Made by a program: the position numbers and the translations under genes. From an uncultured bacterium (lineage in GTDB: Bacteria > Actinomycetota > Acidimicrobiia > Spongiisociales > UBA4744), in NCBI GenBank assembly GCA_963827865.1, contig CAWHCO010000004.1, positions 388,686 to 452,685 on the forward strand: DNA of 64,000 nucleotides. Direction: 5' to 3'. The notes below the pieces were generated by a model. That model saw nothing but the letters and a program-made list of their open reading frames with translations, was not told where the DNA came from and did not search any database. Positions 37,396 through 47,282 of this stretch are shown piece after piece (position 1 is the stretch's first letter; each line of letters begins with the position of its first letter).

Positions 37396-38401
37396 GGTCT
37401 AGTAGCTCGGCGATCTGCACAGTGTTGAGCGCTGCGCCCTTGCGTAGGTTGTCGGACACGCACCACAGGTTCAACCCACCGGGCGTTCCGACCGTTTCAC
37501 GCAACCGGCCAACGAGCGTGTCGTCCTTGCCCGCCACATCCAGCGCCGTCGGCACCTTGTCGGTCCACAGCTCGACTCCCGGCGCGTCGGCAATCAGATT
37601 CGACGCCTCGTCTGCGCCGAGCGGACGCGAGAAGTACAACGTCGCCGCTATGCCGTGACCGACGACCACCGGCACCCGAACGCAGGTCGGTTCGACTCGG
37701 AGTTCCGGTAGGTCCAGGATTTTGCGGCTCTCATTGACGAGCTTCCACTCTTCGTCCGTGTAGCCGCCGTCGGCCAGATTCCCGGCAAACGGGAGCGCGT
37801 TGAACCCTATCGGACGCGCGTACACCTCGCTCATCGGCTCTTTCCAGCCCCCGTTTGCGAGCGCATCGATATCCTCAGCGAGTTCGGTGATTTGACGGGC
37901 GAGTTCGACGACTCCGTGCTGACCCGATCCGGACACCGCCTGATACGAGCTGACCACCATCGACTCGAGGCCCGCCGCACGATGTAGTGGCGCAATGGCC
38001 ATCATCAAGCCCATCGTCGTGCAGTTCGGATTGGCGACGATGCCGTGATGGTCGTGAATCGCTTCGTCGTTCACCCCAACCACTACGAGTGGAACGGACG
38101 GATCCATTCGGAATGCCGACGAGTTGTCGACGACGACTGCGCCGGCGGCGGCAAACGCCGGCGCGAACTGCTTCGAACGTGACCCGCCGGCCGAGAACAG
38201 GGCCACGTCGATCCTCGAAGGGTCGGCCGTCGAGAGGTCTTCGATCTCGACATCGCCCCAAGGAGTGGTGACGACTCGGCCCGCCGAATGGGAGCTGGCC
38301 ATGAGGCGAAGCTCTGAGACAGGGAAATCGCGCTCGGCAAGGATGGAGAGTATGGCTCTCCCAACCGCACCGGTCGCTCCTACAACAGCGGTCTTAGCCA
38401 T
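37388..38401 (-). CDS. asd: Aspartate-semialdehyde dehydrogenase.
   Basis: [20 protein letters not shown] active-site Cys, SGSGQ. Confidence 0.9.
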   Translation of the reverse strand: MAKTAVVGATGAVGRAILSILAERDFPVSELRLMASSHSAGRVVTTPWGDVEIEDLSTADPSRIDVALFSAGGSRSKQFAPAFAAAGAVVVDNSSAFRMDPSVPLVVVGVNDEAIHDHHGIVANPNCTTMGLMMAIAPLHRAAGLESMVVSSYQAVSGSGQHGVVELARQITELAEDIDALANGGWKEPMSEVYARPIGFNALPFAGNLADGGYTDEEWKLVNESRKILDLPELRVEPTCVRVPVVVGHGIAATLYFSRPLGADEASNLIADAPGVELWTDKVPTALDVAGKDDTLVGRLRETVGTPGGLNLWCVSDNLRKGAALNTVQIAELLDLR

Positions 38402-39614
38402 CGGAACCCTCCTCCAGGAACGCGGCGTGAAGCGCACGCACGGCGTCATCGACCTGTTCTTCTCGGATCACACATGAGATTCGAATGCTCGACGTAGAGA
38501 TCATCTCGATATTGATGTCGTTCTCGGCGAGTACTTCGAACATGCGCTTCGCGATCCCTGGATTGGAGCGCATCCCTGCACCGACAATGGACACCCTCCC
38601 GATCCCCGAATCGACCTGCACCGACGCTCCCCCAACCTGCTTGGAGACGGTCCGGGTGGCCTCCTCGGCAACAGGTACGGCGGCCTTGGGGATGGTGAAG
38701 CTGATGTCGGTTGTCCCGTCGTGTGACACATTCTGAACGATCATGTCGACGTTCACACCGGACTCGGCCAGTGGTGCGAAGATCGTCGCGGCCACCCCCG
38801 GGTGGTCGGGAACTCCCACGATCGTCACCTTCGCCTCGGACGTGTCGTGGGAGATCCCACGAACAACCGCTTCTTCCATAGTGGTCTCCTTCACCCACGT
38901 GCCTGGTCCGTCGTGGAACGATGAACGTACATGCAGCGGCACTCCGAACCGTTGTGCCACCTCCACCGATCGGGCCATGAGCACCTTTGCGCCCGTCGAC
39001 GCGAGCTCGAGCATCTCCTCGAACGTGAGCTCGTCCAGCTTGCGGGCGTCCGGCACGACACGCGGGTCTGCCGTGAACACCCCGTCCACGTCCGTGTAGA
39101 TCTCACACACATCTGCATGGTTAGCAGCAGCAAGCGCCACCGCCGTCGCATCCGAGCCACCGCGTCCGAGAGTAGTGACCTCCTTCGATTCGGGGTCGAC
39201 CCCCTGGAAGCCGGCCACGATGACGACCTTGCCGGCCTCGAGACTCTCGATGACCCGGAAGTCTCTGATCTCTTTGATCTTGGCTCCCCCGTGTCTGGAA
39301 TCCGTCAGAATCCCTGCCTGCGACCCGGTGAAACTGACTGCGTCGATTCCCTCGGCGTCGATAGCAATGGCGAGCAGCGACATTGCGATCCTCTCGCCGG
39401 CTGTCAGCAGCATGTCCATCTCTCTTGCCGGCGGCGTCGGGTGGAGTTGCCCGGCGAGATCGATCAGGTCATCCGTCGACGATCCCATCGCCGACACGAC
39501 CACCACCACCTCGTTGCCTGCGCGCTTCGTTGCGGCCACCCGCGCGGCGACCCGCCTGATGCGTGACGCGTCGGCTACGGAAGTTCCACCGAACTTCTGT
39601 ACATGGAGGGCCAT
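38394..39614 (-). CDS. lysC: Aspartate kinase.
   Basis: [22 protein letters not shown], two C-terminal ACT domains. Overlaps the asd start by 8 nt. Confidence 0.9.
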   Translation of the reverse strand: MALHVQKFGGTSVADASRIRRVAARVAATKRAGNEVVVVVSAMGSSTDDLIDLAGQLHPTPPAREMDMLLTAGERIAMSLLAIAIDAEGIDAVSFTGSQAGILTDSRHGGAKIKEIRDFRVIESLEAGKVVIVAGFQGVDPESKEVTTLGRGGSDATAVALAAANHADVCEIYTDVDGVFTADPRVVPDARKLDELTFEEMLELASTGAKVLMARSVEVAQRFGVPLHVRSSFHDGPGTWVKETTMEEAVVRGISHDTSEAKVTIVGVPDHPGVAATIFAPLAESGVNVDMIVQNVSHDGTTDISFTIPKAAVPVAEEATRTVSKQVGGASVQVDSGIGRVSIVGAGMRSNPGIAKRMFEVLAENDINIEMISTSSIRISCVIREEQVDDAVRALHAAFLEEGSDG

Positions 39615-39654
39615 AGTGCGCGCGGAGTGTACCTAGGAGGCGAGCTTCGCTCGC

Positions 39655-39766
39655 GGTCATCAGTTGTCAGTCATCAGTAATCACCTGCGACAACACAGCA
39701 CGGCGGGGCGACGTTCCTACCGACAACCGAAAACCGCGGTACGAGGGAGGCTCGGTCTACGAGCCT
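39655..39766. repeat. Copy of the dispersed intergenic repeat family (CAGTYRTCAGT repeats, then core GTTCCTACCGACAACCGAAAACCGCGGTACGAGG) upstream of lysC. It ends in hairpin GAGGCTCG-GTCTAC-GAGCCTC.
   Basis: Read from the sequence; matches the cores at 3.5, 48.3 and 54.9 kb. Confidence 0.7.
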
Positions 39767-39793
39767 CTCTCGGATCGCTAGCATCCCCGCGTC

Positions 39794-40165
39794 ATGCCAA
39801 GCGACAAGCGGGACCGTCAGCGCCAGAACCGAGCAGCGAAGCAGAAGCGGGAGGAGAGGGTACGCCGTTTGAAGCTGTTCCAACGCCGCCTCATTCAGGT
39901 GGTCTGGTTCGCGGTGATCGTCGCCGCCATCGTCATGGTCTCGAATCTGATCGCTCGATCGAACACGTCGACCACCACGACGACTTCTGCGGTGGCCACG
40001 ACGACTACCACCACAGAGCTCACCACAACGACGACCTCGGATTCCACCGGATTCCTTCCGGGAGACACGCTCAACGAGATGGTCGTCGGGCGGGTGATCA
40101 TTGCACCGACCCCGTCGCTCGCCTCGACACTCGTTCTCAATCCTTGGGCGCTTCCCGGCACGTGA
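39794..40165 (+). CDS. Hypothetical small membrane protein with a poly-Thr tract.
   Basis: Basic N-terminus, one TM helix (VVWFAVIVAAIVMV), then TSTTTTTSAVATTTTTTELTTTTTS. GC3 is high. Confidence 0.5.
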   Translation: MPSDKRDRQRQNRAAKQKREERVRRLKLFQRRLIQVVWFAVIVAAIVMVSNLIARSNTSTTTTTSAVATTTTTTELTTTTTSDSTGFLPGDTLNEMVVGRVIIAPTPSLASTLVLNPWALPGT

Positions 40166-40190
40166 ACCACGGACGGGTACCCTCACCCCG

Positions 40191-41027
40191 ATGTCGGTCG
40201 ACCTCCACACGCATAGCCACTATTCGGATGGCAGCGATTCACCTGCGGCCGTGGTCGGCGAGGCGATCTTGGCGGGACTCACGGCTGTGGCGCTCACCGA
40301 CCACGACACCTTGGAGGGAGTCCCGGAGGCGATCGATGCGGGAGGTGGGATCGAGGTCATCCCCGGAGTCGAGATCTCATGCGAGTGGTCGCCTGGCGCG
40401 ATGCACATGACCGTCCTCTTTCTGGAGCCTCGAGAGGGCCCGCTTCAGAATGCTCTGGATGAAATCCGTGCCGGCCGTGATCTCCGAAACCATCGAATCG
40501 TCGAACGGCTTGAGGAACTCGGCGTCGACATCAGGTACGAGGAGGTCGCTGCCGAAGCCGGCAGAGGACTCGCAGGCCGGCCCCACATCGCGGCGGTGCT
40601 CGTTCGAAAGGGTGTCGTCGACACGCCAGACAACGCCTTCCGTGACCTGCTCGGAGGCGGCAGGCCGGCCTACGTTTCGCGTTTTCGGTTGGCGCCCGAA
40701 CAGGCGATTCGCCTGTCGCTCGAGTCACGGGCCGTGCCGATCCTCTCACACCCCCACACCCTGGGCCTCAACTCGGCGACCGACTACGCGTCAACCCTCC
40801 GGCATCTGAAGGCAACCGGCCTCGTGGGGCTGGAAGCGCACTACGCCGAATACACGCCGGAGGACCGGCTCGAACTCGCGTCGGTCGCACGGAGTCACGG
40901 GCTGATTCCCTCAGGAGGATCCGACTACCACGGCACCTACCGTCCCGGAGTATCAGTCGGGGTCGGTCACGGAGACCTCAAGGTGCCTGGCGAGGTGCTG
41001 GAGGAGCTGCGGGCGGCGAGACCATGA
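40191..41027 (+). CDS. PHP-family metal-dependent phosphoesterase (TrpH/YciV-like).
   Basis: VDLHTHSHYSDGS...LTDHDT...HPH...GSDYHG. Confidence 0.85.
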   Translation: MSVDLHTHSHYSDGSDSPAAVVGEAILAGLTAVALTDHDTLEGVPEAIDAGGGIEVIPGVEISCEWSPGAMHMTVLFLEPREGPLQNALDEIRAGRDLRNHRIVERLEELGVDIRYEEVAAEAGRGLAGRPHIAAVLVRKGVVDTPDNAFRDLLGGGRPAYVSRFRLAPEQAIRLSLESRAVPILSHPHTLGLNSATDYASTLRHLKATGLVGLEAHYAEYTPEDRLELASVARSHGLIPSGGSDYHGTYRPGVSVGVGHGDLKVPGEVLEELRAARP

Positions 41028-42544
41028 CCCGGCTCGGCAAGGCGGCGATGATCGTGTCGGTGGGGATCCTCGCCTCCAGGTTGCTGGGTTTTCTCAGAAC
41101 GATGGCTCTGGCGGCCATTCTTGGGGCCACCCAACAGGCAGACCTCTTCCAGGACGCGTTCACCATCCCCGACATCCTCTTCTACCTGATGGCCGGAGGC
41201 TTTCTCAGCATCACGCTCATCCCGATCCTCACCCGCCACTTGGACGACAGACGGGAGCAGTGGAGGTCGTTTGTTGCGGTGGTTCGACCCGTCGCTATCG
41301 GAATGGTCACCTTGACGCTGATCGCCATGGTTCTCGCACGGCCGATCGTGGGAGCCGTGTTTCGCGAGTTCGCTCCGTCGGAACTGGACCAGCTGGCCCA
41401 TCTGATGCGCATCGTGTTCCCCGCCCAGGTTTTCTTCGTACTCGGCTCCCTGTTGATGGCGGTTCAGTACGCTCACAAGCGGTTCCTCATTCCCGTGCTG
41501 GCACCGATCGTGTACAACCTTGCGATCATCGTCGGCGGTCTCGCCACCGCATCCGGCGCCTCGGCCGACGGATTCGTGTGGGGAGCGCTCGCCGGGGCGG
41601 CAATCGGCAACTTCGGGCTCCAGTGGTACGGGGCGCACCGACTGGGTCTTCGATGGGAGCGGGGCGTTCGTTGGAACCACCCTGCGCTGAAGGAGTACCT
41701 CCTCCTGGCAATCCCCCTGATGCTGGGCCAGTCGGTGGCGGTCCTCGACGAGCAGCTCCTCAAGGTGTTCGGCCAGCTCGCAGAGACCGGCGCGACCGGA
41801 CTCCTCGCCTACGCCCGGCGCCTCAACATGCTGCCGGTCGGCATGATTGCCCAAGCTGCCGGTGTCGCTGCGTATCCGTTCCTCGCAAGCCTCTTCAGCC
41901 AGGGACGCCGGGCCGAGTTTGACGCGACGATCACACGGGCCTTGCGATACGGCGTCTTCGTGGGGTGCGGCGCCGCTGCAGCCGTCGCCGGGGCGGCGTT
42001 GCCCGCTGCAAGACTCGCCTTTCAGCGCGGCCGATTCGGACCCGACGACACCTTGATCGCAGCAGGCCTGCTCGTCATCTACTCACTGAGCATCCCCTTC
42101 TGGGCGTCTCACCAGCTCTACGCGAGAGCGTTCTATGCACAACGACGCATGTGGACGCCGGTCGCGATCGGCACGACGGCAACGGTCATCGCGATCCCTC
42201 TGTACTTCTGGTTCTTCCACCTGTGGGGCATCGAGGGCATCGCACTTGCGAGCAGCGTTTCCATCATCGTCTACTCGGTCGGACTTGGCCTCGCGTGGCA
42301 CCGCGGTACGACGTCGTGGCGTCCCATCGTGGCAACGTGGTGGCGGAGCGCTGTGGCCGGAGTCGTGGCCGGCTATGCAACCTGGGGCGTGGTGAGTCTG
42401 ATCACACGATCAGAGGTGCCGGGTGTCCAGACGTCACTGGCAGCCATCGGTGCAGGCGCTGTCGTTGTGGCGGTCGTCTACGCGGGCCTATCTCGGCTGT
42501 TCGGCGGCCGCGAGCTCGGGGATCTGCTCCGACGAACCGGATGA
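41024..42544 (+). CDS. murJ: Lipid II flippase MurJ/MviN.
   Basis: 506 aa with about 14 TM helices; LGFLRTMALAAILGA..FTIPD...FLSITLIP signature. Confidence 0.85.
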   Translation: MTRLGKAAMIVSVGILASRLLGFLRTMALAAILGATQQADLFQDAFTIPDILFYLMAGGFLSITLIPILTRHLDDRREQWRSFVAVVRPVAIGMVTLTLIAMVLARPIVGAVFREFAPSELDQLAHLMRIVFPAQVFFVLGSLLMAVQYAHKRFLIPVLAPIVYNLAIIVGGLATASGASADGFVWGALAGAAIGNFGLQWYGAHRLGLRWERGVRWNHPALKEYLLLAIPLMLGQSVAVLDEQLLKVFGQLAETGATGLLAYARRLNMLPVGMIAQAAGVAAYPFLASLFSQGRRAEFDATITRALRYGVFVGCGAAAAVAGAALPAARLAFQRGRFGPDDTLIAAGLLVIYSLSIPFWASHQLYARAFYAQRRMWTPVAIGTTATVIAIPLYFWFFHLWGIEGIALASSVSIIVYSVGLGLAWHRGTTSWRPIVATWWRSAVAGVVAGYATWGVVSLITRSEVPGVQTSLAAIGAGAVVVAVVYAGLSRLFGGRELGDLLRRTG

Positions 42545-43945
42545 GTGCTGTCTGGACAGGTTGCCGACTCCGCTGCGATTCATGTCACCCCACGTTGTGC
42601 GTCTGGGGTTCCAGAACATCGCCCGAACTCGCCACCAGACCGTGCGCTGTCTCGGTCCGAGCTGCTCGAGCAGCGAGTATGAAAGGAGACGCCATGTCGC
42701 TCCCGGCTCCTCGTAGTAGCCGAATCGTTCGTCGAGGATGAGTCCAACAAGCGAGTTCGCCGCACCGACCGCCAGGGCAACGATCATGAGAGGAATCGCG
42801 ATGTCGAAGCGAAGTGCCCCCACCGCCAGCGACGACGGGATAACGATCCAACCGATCGCCTCCATGACTGGAGCCGCGAACTCGAAAGCGACGTAGCTCG
42901 GCCACCCCAGAAGACCCACGATCCCATACCTGGGATTCATGAACATGGTCTTGTACTGCCACATGACCTGCATCAGGCCTCGATGCCACCGAATCCGCTG
43001 ATTCCTCAGGACTTCTCGGCTCGCTGGGACCTCGGTCCATGCGACGGCATCCGGCGCGTAGACGATTCGGTAGGGAACGTGCTTCTTGCGGAAGTGCCTG
43101 TGGAGCCGCATCGTCAGCTCCATGTCTTCACCGAGGTGGTTGCGCCGGTAGCCTCCGACCTCGATCACCGCGTCCTTCTTGAACACGCCGAATGCCCCCG
43201 ACACGATCAGAAGAGAGCGGAGGGAGGACCACGCCGGCCGAGCGCCCAGGAATGACCGGATGTACTCGACGACCTGAGCCATCTCGATCGGGCGCTTCGG
43301 AAGCGCGACTCGCGTCACTTTCCCTCGGCGAACCTCACATCCATTGATGGGCCGTACGTTCCCACCCACCGCGATCGTCCTGGCCCGATCCTCCACGAAG
43401 TGCCGCGCCGCCCGTAGCAGGCACTCCTCGTCCAGAACGATGTCGGCATCCGTGCCCATCACGTAGGGGTACTGAGAGACGTTGATGCCTGCGTTGATGG
43501 CGTCTCCTTTGCCGCCGTTCTCCTTGTCGATGACGACGACCGGCAGCGGGAGCCTGGAGCGGTACACGCGTCGAATCGGCCGAGTCTCGAGGAGAGGCCT
43601 GTAGGGCAGGTCGATCGGTTCCATGCGGAACTCGTCGATCAAGCGCTGGAGGGTGTCGTCGCTGCTCCCGTCGTTGACGACGATCACCTCCTTCTTCGCA
43701 TACTTCAACATGACAATGGAACGCACCGACTCGACGATGCCGGCCGCTTCGTTGTAGGCAGGAATGATGACCGACACCGGCGGGGTCGTATCTGACGCAA
43801 TCATGTCGTGGATGCGCCCGAATCGGGAGGTGAACTGCTCGATGCGCAGCACCCGATACGACGCGAGCGCCAAGAACACGAGCTGAAGCTCCATCGCGAT
43901 GTAATACAGAATCACGACGAGGTTGAAGATCTCAATGAAGCTCAC
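42488..43945 (-). CDS. Processive family-2 glycosyltransferase (PgaC/IcaA/BcsA-like polysaccharide synthase).
   Basis: GTG start overlapping the HEAT stop. PAYNE, VNDGSSDDT, TDADIVLD, GEDMELT, QRIRWHRG motifs and multiple TM helices. The track ORF is over-extended at the N-terminus. Its 3' end overlaps the convergent murJ by about 57 nt. Confidence 0.8.
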   Translation of the reverse strand: MSFIEIFNLVVILYYIAMELQLVFLALASYRVLRIEQFTSRFGRIHDMIASDTTPPVSVIIPAYNEAAGIVESVRSIVMLKYAKKEVIVVNDGSSDDTLQRLIDEFRMEPIDLPYRPLLETRPIRRVYRSRLPLPVVVIDKENGGKGDAINAGINVSQYPYVMGTDADIVLDEECLLRAARHFVEDRARTIAVGGNVRPINGCEVRRGKVTRVALPKRPIEMAQVVEYIRSFLGARPAWSSLRSLLIVSGAFGVFKKDAVIEVGGYRRNHLGEDMELTMRLHRHFRKKHVPYRIVYAPDAVAWTEVPASREVLRNQRIRWHRGLMQVMWQYKTMFMNPRYGIVGLLGWPSYVAFEFAAPVMEAIGWIVIPSSLAVGALRFDIAIPLMIVALAVGAANSLVGLILDERFGYYEEPGATWRLLSYSLLEQLGPRQRTVWWRVRAMFWNPRRTTWGDMNRSGVGNLSRQHSSGSSEQIPELAAAEQPR

Positions 43946-44985
43946 AGAACGTTCTCCGTTGTCCGCTCGCCGACCGTCTCGGGGGCGGCGGTGCGTGCCA
44001 ATCCGTCCCCGCCATCCAGGGTGACGTGCGGTGTTCCGCCTGGGACGCGTTCGAGGGCCAAGTCCGCGTTCCTCCGCACCCACCACTCGGGATCTCCCAA
44101 GGCTGCCTTGAGCGCTGGTATCGCCTCCGGATCCAGCAACCCACCCAACGCACGCGCCGCCTGTGCGCGAACCTCCCACACAGGATCGGTGACGGCACGA
44201 ATCAAAGGGTGCACCGATGCTTGGCTACCGGCGGTGTGCAGCGCCGCAGCGGAACGGATTCTCACCTCGTCGGAGCCCTCCTGAAGAGCTCGTACGAGGG
44301 CGGGTTCGGCGGCCACATCCCCGATCGCTCCCAGTGCGCGTGCCACGAGTGGCTCACGGCCCGTTTCGGAACCCACAAACGACATGATCAAATGCCTCGA
44401 GAGAGCTGGGACGGCGCGAGATCCCAGCTTCACAAGTGCATCGGCGATGCGATTCGCGTTCCATTCGGTTTCGGTCTCGAGAAGACCGATGAGCGGTTCC
44501 ACGGCGCGCTCGTCTTTGAGCTGGGCGAGTGCGTCCGCTGCCTGGATCCGCACCTCCGGCACGCGATCGGCGAGCGAGCGCAGCAACGCTTCCGCCGTGC
44601 GCGGGTCGCCAAGTTCGGCCAGTCCCCGCGCTGCGACGACTCGGCGCTCTCTCCTCCGCGACGAGAGATCGGCAACGAAGCGTTCAACGATGCCCAGGCT
44701 CCGGGCGACGTGCAGGAGGTTTGCCCGTTCGGCCCCCTGTACGAGACCGAGGAAGTCCATGAGAGTGTCGAGGAACACACGATCATCGGCGCACGACCGG
44801 AGCATCTCGACCGGGTATCCGACTCGTGTTGCGATCTCGCTGAGCAGACCGACGTAGGACGCTCGCCGGTAGAGCTCGAACCTGCGCTTCAGATGGCCGA
44901 TGAACTTGCTCGCAAAGAGCCAGACCGCAGCCAATACGGACAGCGCAACAGCCACCACCAACCACGGCAGCAACTCAGCCTTCAA
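43942..44985 (-). CDS. HEAT-repeat (PBS-lyase-type) protein with an N-terminal TM anchor.
   Basis: N-terminal TM (LLPWLVVAVALSVLAAVWLF), then repeated ...VRxxAAxALGxLGDPxAxxxL... units. Confidence 0.75.
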   Translation of the reverse strand: MKAELLPWLVVAVALSVLAAVWLFASKFIGHLKRRFELYRRASYVGLLSEIATRVGYPVEMLRSCADDRVFLDTLMDFLGLVQGAERANLLHVARSLGIVERFVADLSSRRRERRVVAARGLAELGDPRTAEALLRSLADRVPEVRIQAADALAQLKDERAVEPLIGLLETETEWNANRIADALVKLGSRAVPALSRHLIMSFVGSETGREPLVARALGAIGDVAAEPALVRALQEGSDEVRIRSAAALHTAGSQASVHPLIRAVTDPVWEVRAQAARALGGLLDPEAIPALKAALGDPEWWVRRNADLALERVPGGTPHVTLDGGDGLARTAAPETVGERTTENVL

Positions 44986-45050
44986 GCACGAGCCTTCATC
45001 ACATCATTGATGTCGGCAAGAAACCGAGCCGGATTGAGGATTCGACCCGC

Positions 45051-45416
45051 TCAGCCCCTCAGCGCCAGTCCGACGACGCGCAGCTGAACCCCGACCCGTG
45101 CGAGTACTTCTCGCACATTGAAGGGTTTGCGAACGAAGTCGACGGCGCCGAGTTCGAGGCAGGCGACGATGTCTTCCTCATCGGTGAGTCCGGAGATCAT
45201 GATGACCGGCAGTCGAACACCCTCCTCACTCCACCGTTGGAGCACCTCGGCGCCAAGCAGGCCGGGCATCACCTGATCGAGGAGCGCTATATCGAATTCG
45301 TTCGTCAGTGCGGCTTCAAAGGCTTCCAGTCCGTCGTAGGCGGCGGTCACCTCTGCACCCGATGCTTCGAGGCTTCGACAGACGAGCGTCGACACGACGC
45401 GGTCGTCTTCGGCCAC
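45051..45416 (-). CDS. Single-domain response-regulator receiver protein.
   Basis: GTG start; ...EDD..., IALLDQVMPGL (phospho-acceptor Asp), VDFVRKPF. Confidence 0.7.
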   Translation of the reverse strand: MAEDDRVVSTLVCRSLEASGAEVTAAYDGLEAFEAALTNEFDIALLDQVMPGLLGAEVLQRWSEEGVRLPVIMISGLTDEEDIVACLELGAVDFVRKPFNVREVLARVGVQLRVVGLALRG

Positions 45417-45473
45417 CAGGATTCTCGGCGCACGGATGGGTGAAACGGACAGGTCAGGTCTCCTTGGGTGGTG

Positions 45474-45644
45474 CTACACCGGGGGCTCCGCGCGGGCTGA
45501 CAGCACCCACCTGCTCTCCAGCCGTTGGGTGGAAGGCAACGCGGCCGCGAACTCCTCTTCCGCGAGGACTTGCTGCACGACGGCGGCTATTGCTGCCGCC
45601 TCGAGTGGCCCTGCGCCGCCAGCGATGTCGAGGTCAGTGTTCAT
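45474..45644 (-). CDS. Small hypothetical protein (56 aa), possibly acyl-CoA carboxylase epsilon-subunit-like.
   Basis: MNTDLDIAGGAGPLEAAAIAAVVQQVLAEEEFAAALPSTQRLESRWVLSARAEPPV. Ala-rich with a conserved-looking S-x-W. High GC3. Overlaps the mce stop by about 11 nt. The family assignment is from memory only. Confidence 0.3.
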   Translation of the reverse strand: MNTDLDIAGGAGPLEAAAIAAVVQQVLAEEEFAAALPSTQRLESRWVLSARAEPPV

Positions 45645-46044
45645 CGATCTCCACCAATTCAATGAGCGTACCTGCAAGCGTCGCCGGATGCACGAACGCG
45701 ATGCGATGACCGCCACCGCCGACACGAGGTTCCGCGTCGACGAGTCTGGCGCCGTTGGACTTCAGATGCTCCAACGCGTCCTCGATCGACGTGACGGTGA
45801 TGGCAATGTGGTGAAGCCCTTCCCCGCGTCGCTCAAGGAATCGGCCAACCGGCGTGTCTCCGGAGAGCGGCGAGAGAAGCTGCAGATTTGATCCACCGAT
45901 GGGGATCATCGCCTCCTCCACGCCCTGCTCTCCCACCACCTCTCGGGAGATGGGCTCAACACCGAACAGCGTCCGGAATTCGGCGATGGTCGCGTCGAGA
46001 TCCTCGACGGCGAGGGCGACGTGATCGAGGTTGTACGGCTTCAC
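45634..46044 (-). CDS. mce: Methylmalonyl-CoA epimerase (VOC/glyoxalase fold).
   Basis: LDHVALAVEDLDATIAEF...GEGLHHIAITV...RIAFVHP. Confidence 0.8.
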   Translation of the reverse strand: MKPYNLDHVALAVEDLDATIAEFRTLFGVEPISREVVGEQGVEEAMIPIGGSNLQLLSPLSGDTPVGRFLERRGEGLHHIAITVTSIEDALEHLKSNGARLVDAEPRVGGGGHRIAFVHPATLAGTLIELVEIDEH

Positions 46045-46097
46045 GGCGGGCAGCCTACCTGGAGTACGATTCGATAGCAGCCGACAAGGAGCCTGGA

Positions 46098-47282
46098 ATG
46101 GGTGCCGTGATCACGGGAATCGCCAGAACACCACAGGGGAAGTTCGCGGGAGTACTCCAACCCCTCAGAGCGGTTCAGCTGGGTAGCGTCGCCATGAAGG
46201 GCGCGATCGGCCGCTCGGGAATCGAACCCGATCGCATAGACGAGGTGATCTTCGGGCAGGTGCTGCTCGCCGGAGAAGGTCAGATCACCCCTCGACAGGC
46301 GGCAGCTCTGGCGGGTGTACCGATGACGGTCCCCTCGACGCTGGTCAACAAGGTGTGCCTCTCGGGCATGGCGGCGATCGCGATGGCGGACCGATCGATT
46401 CGTCTCGGCGAATCGACGTTCGCGCTCGCAGGCGGCATGGAGTCGATGACCAACACGCCCTTCATCGCACCGAACGTGCGCTGGGGTGCCCGCATGGGCG
46501 ACACGAAGCTCGTCGACGCGATGCTGCACGACGGTCTCTGGTGCAGCTTCGACCACTGCATCATGGGCGAGTCCTCGGACGCCAAGAGCACGGAACTCGG
46601 GATCAGCCGCGAGGAGCAGGACGAGTGGGCGGTGGCGAGCCACCAGCGGGCAGCCGCAGCGACCGATTCGGGAGCCTTCGACGGCGAGATCGTTCCCGTA
46701 GAGGTACCCCAACGCAAGGGCGATCCGATCGTCGTCACCAAGGACGAGGGGATTCGGAGGGATGCAACGATCGAGGGATTCGCGAAGCTCAAGCCGGCTT
46801 TCACGCCGGGCGGGACGACCACCGCCGGAAACGCCTCACAGATCTCGGATGGTGCCGCGGCGCTCATCGTCGCGGACCGGTCGGCCGCGGAGGCCGCCGG
46901 TCTTCCGATCCTCGCCGAGATCCTCGCATACGGACAAATCGGAGGATGCGACGCCTCTCTCCACGAGCGACCGGCGCAAGCACTCTCCGTTGCGCTGAAA
47001 AGGGCGGGTCTCGGCACCGGTGACTTGGACCTGATAGAGATCAACGAAGCGTTCGCTTCGGTCGCGATCTGGTCTGCCCACATGCTCGATCTCGACCATG
47101 CCAAGATCAACGTCAACGGAGGCGCCGTCGCGCTCGGTCATCCACTTGGAGCAACCGGCGCACGCATCACGGTCACAATGATCAATGCCCTTCGTTCTCG
47201 AGGGGGCGGAATCGGCGCGGCTGCACTGTGCGGTGGCGGCGGACAGGGCGACGCCCTGATCATGAGGGTCTTCCCGTCATGA
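46098..47282 (+). CDS. Acetyl-CoA C-acetyltransferase (thiolase II).
   Basis: VNKVCLSGMAAI (active-site Cys), NVNGGAVALGHPLGATGARI, C-terminal CGGGGQG. SD AAGGAG precedes the ATG. Confidence 0.9.
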   Translation: MGAVITGIARTPQGKFAGVLQPLRAVQLGSVAMKGAIGRSGIEPDRIDEVIFGQVLLAGEGQITPRQAAALAGVPMTVPSTLVNKVCLSGMAAIAMADRSIRLGESTFALAGGMESMTNTPFIAPNVRWGARMGDTKLVDAMLHDGLWCSFDHCIMGESSDAKSTELGISREEQDEWAVASHQRAAAATDSGAFDGEIVPVEVPQRKGDPIVVTKDEGIRRDATIEGFAKLKPAFTPGGTTTAGNASQISDGAAALIVADRSAAEAAGLPILAEILAYGQIGGCDASLHERPAQALSVALKRAGLGTGDLDLIEINEAFASVAIWSAHMLDLDHAKINVNGGAVALGHPLGATGARITVTMINALRSRGGGIGAAALCGGGGQGDALIMRVFPS

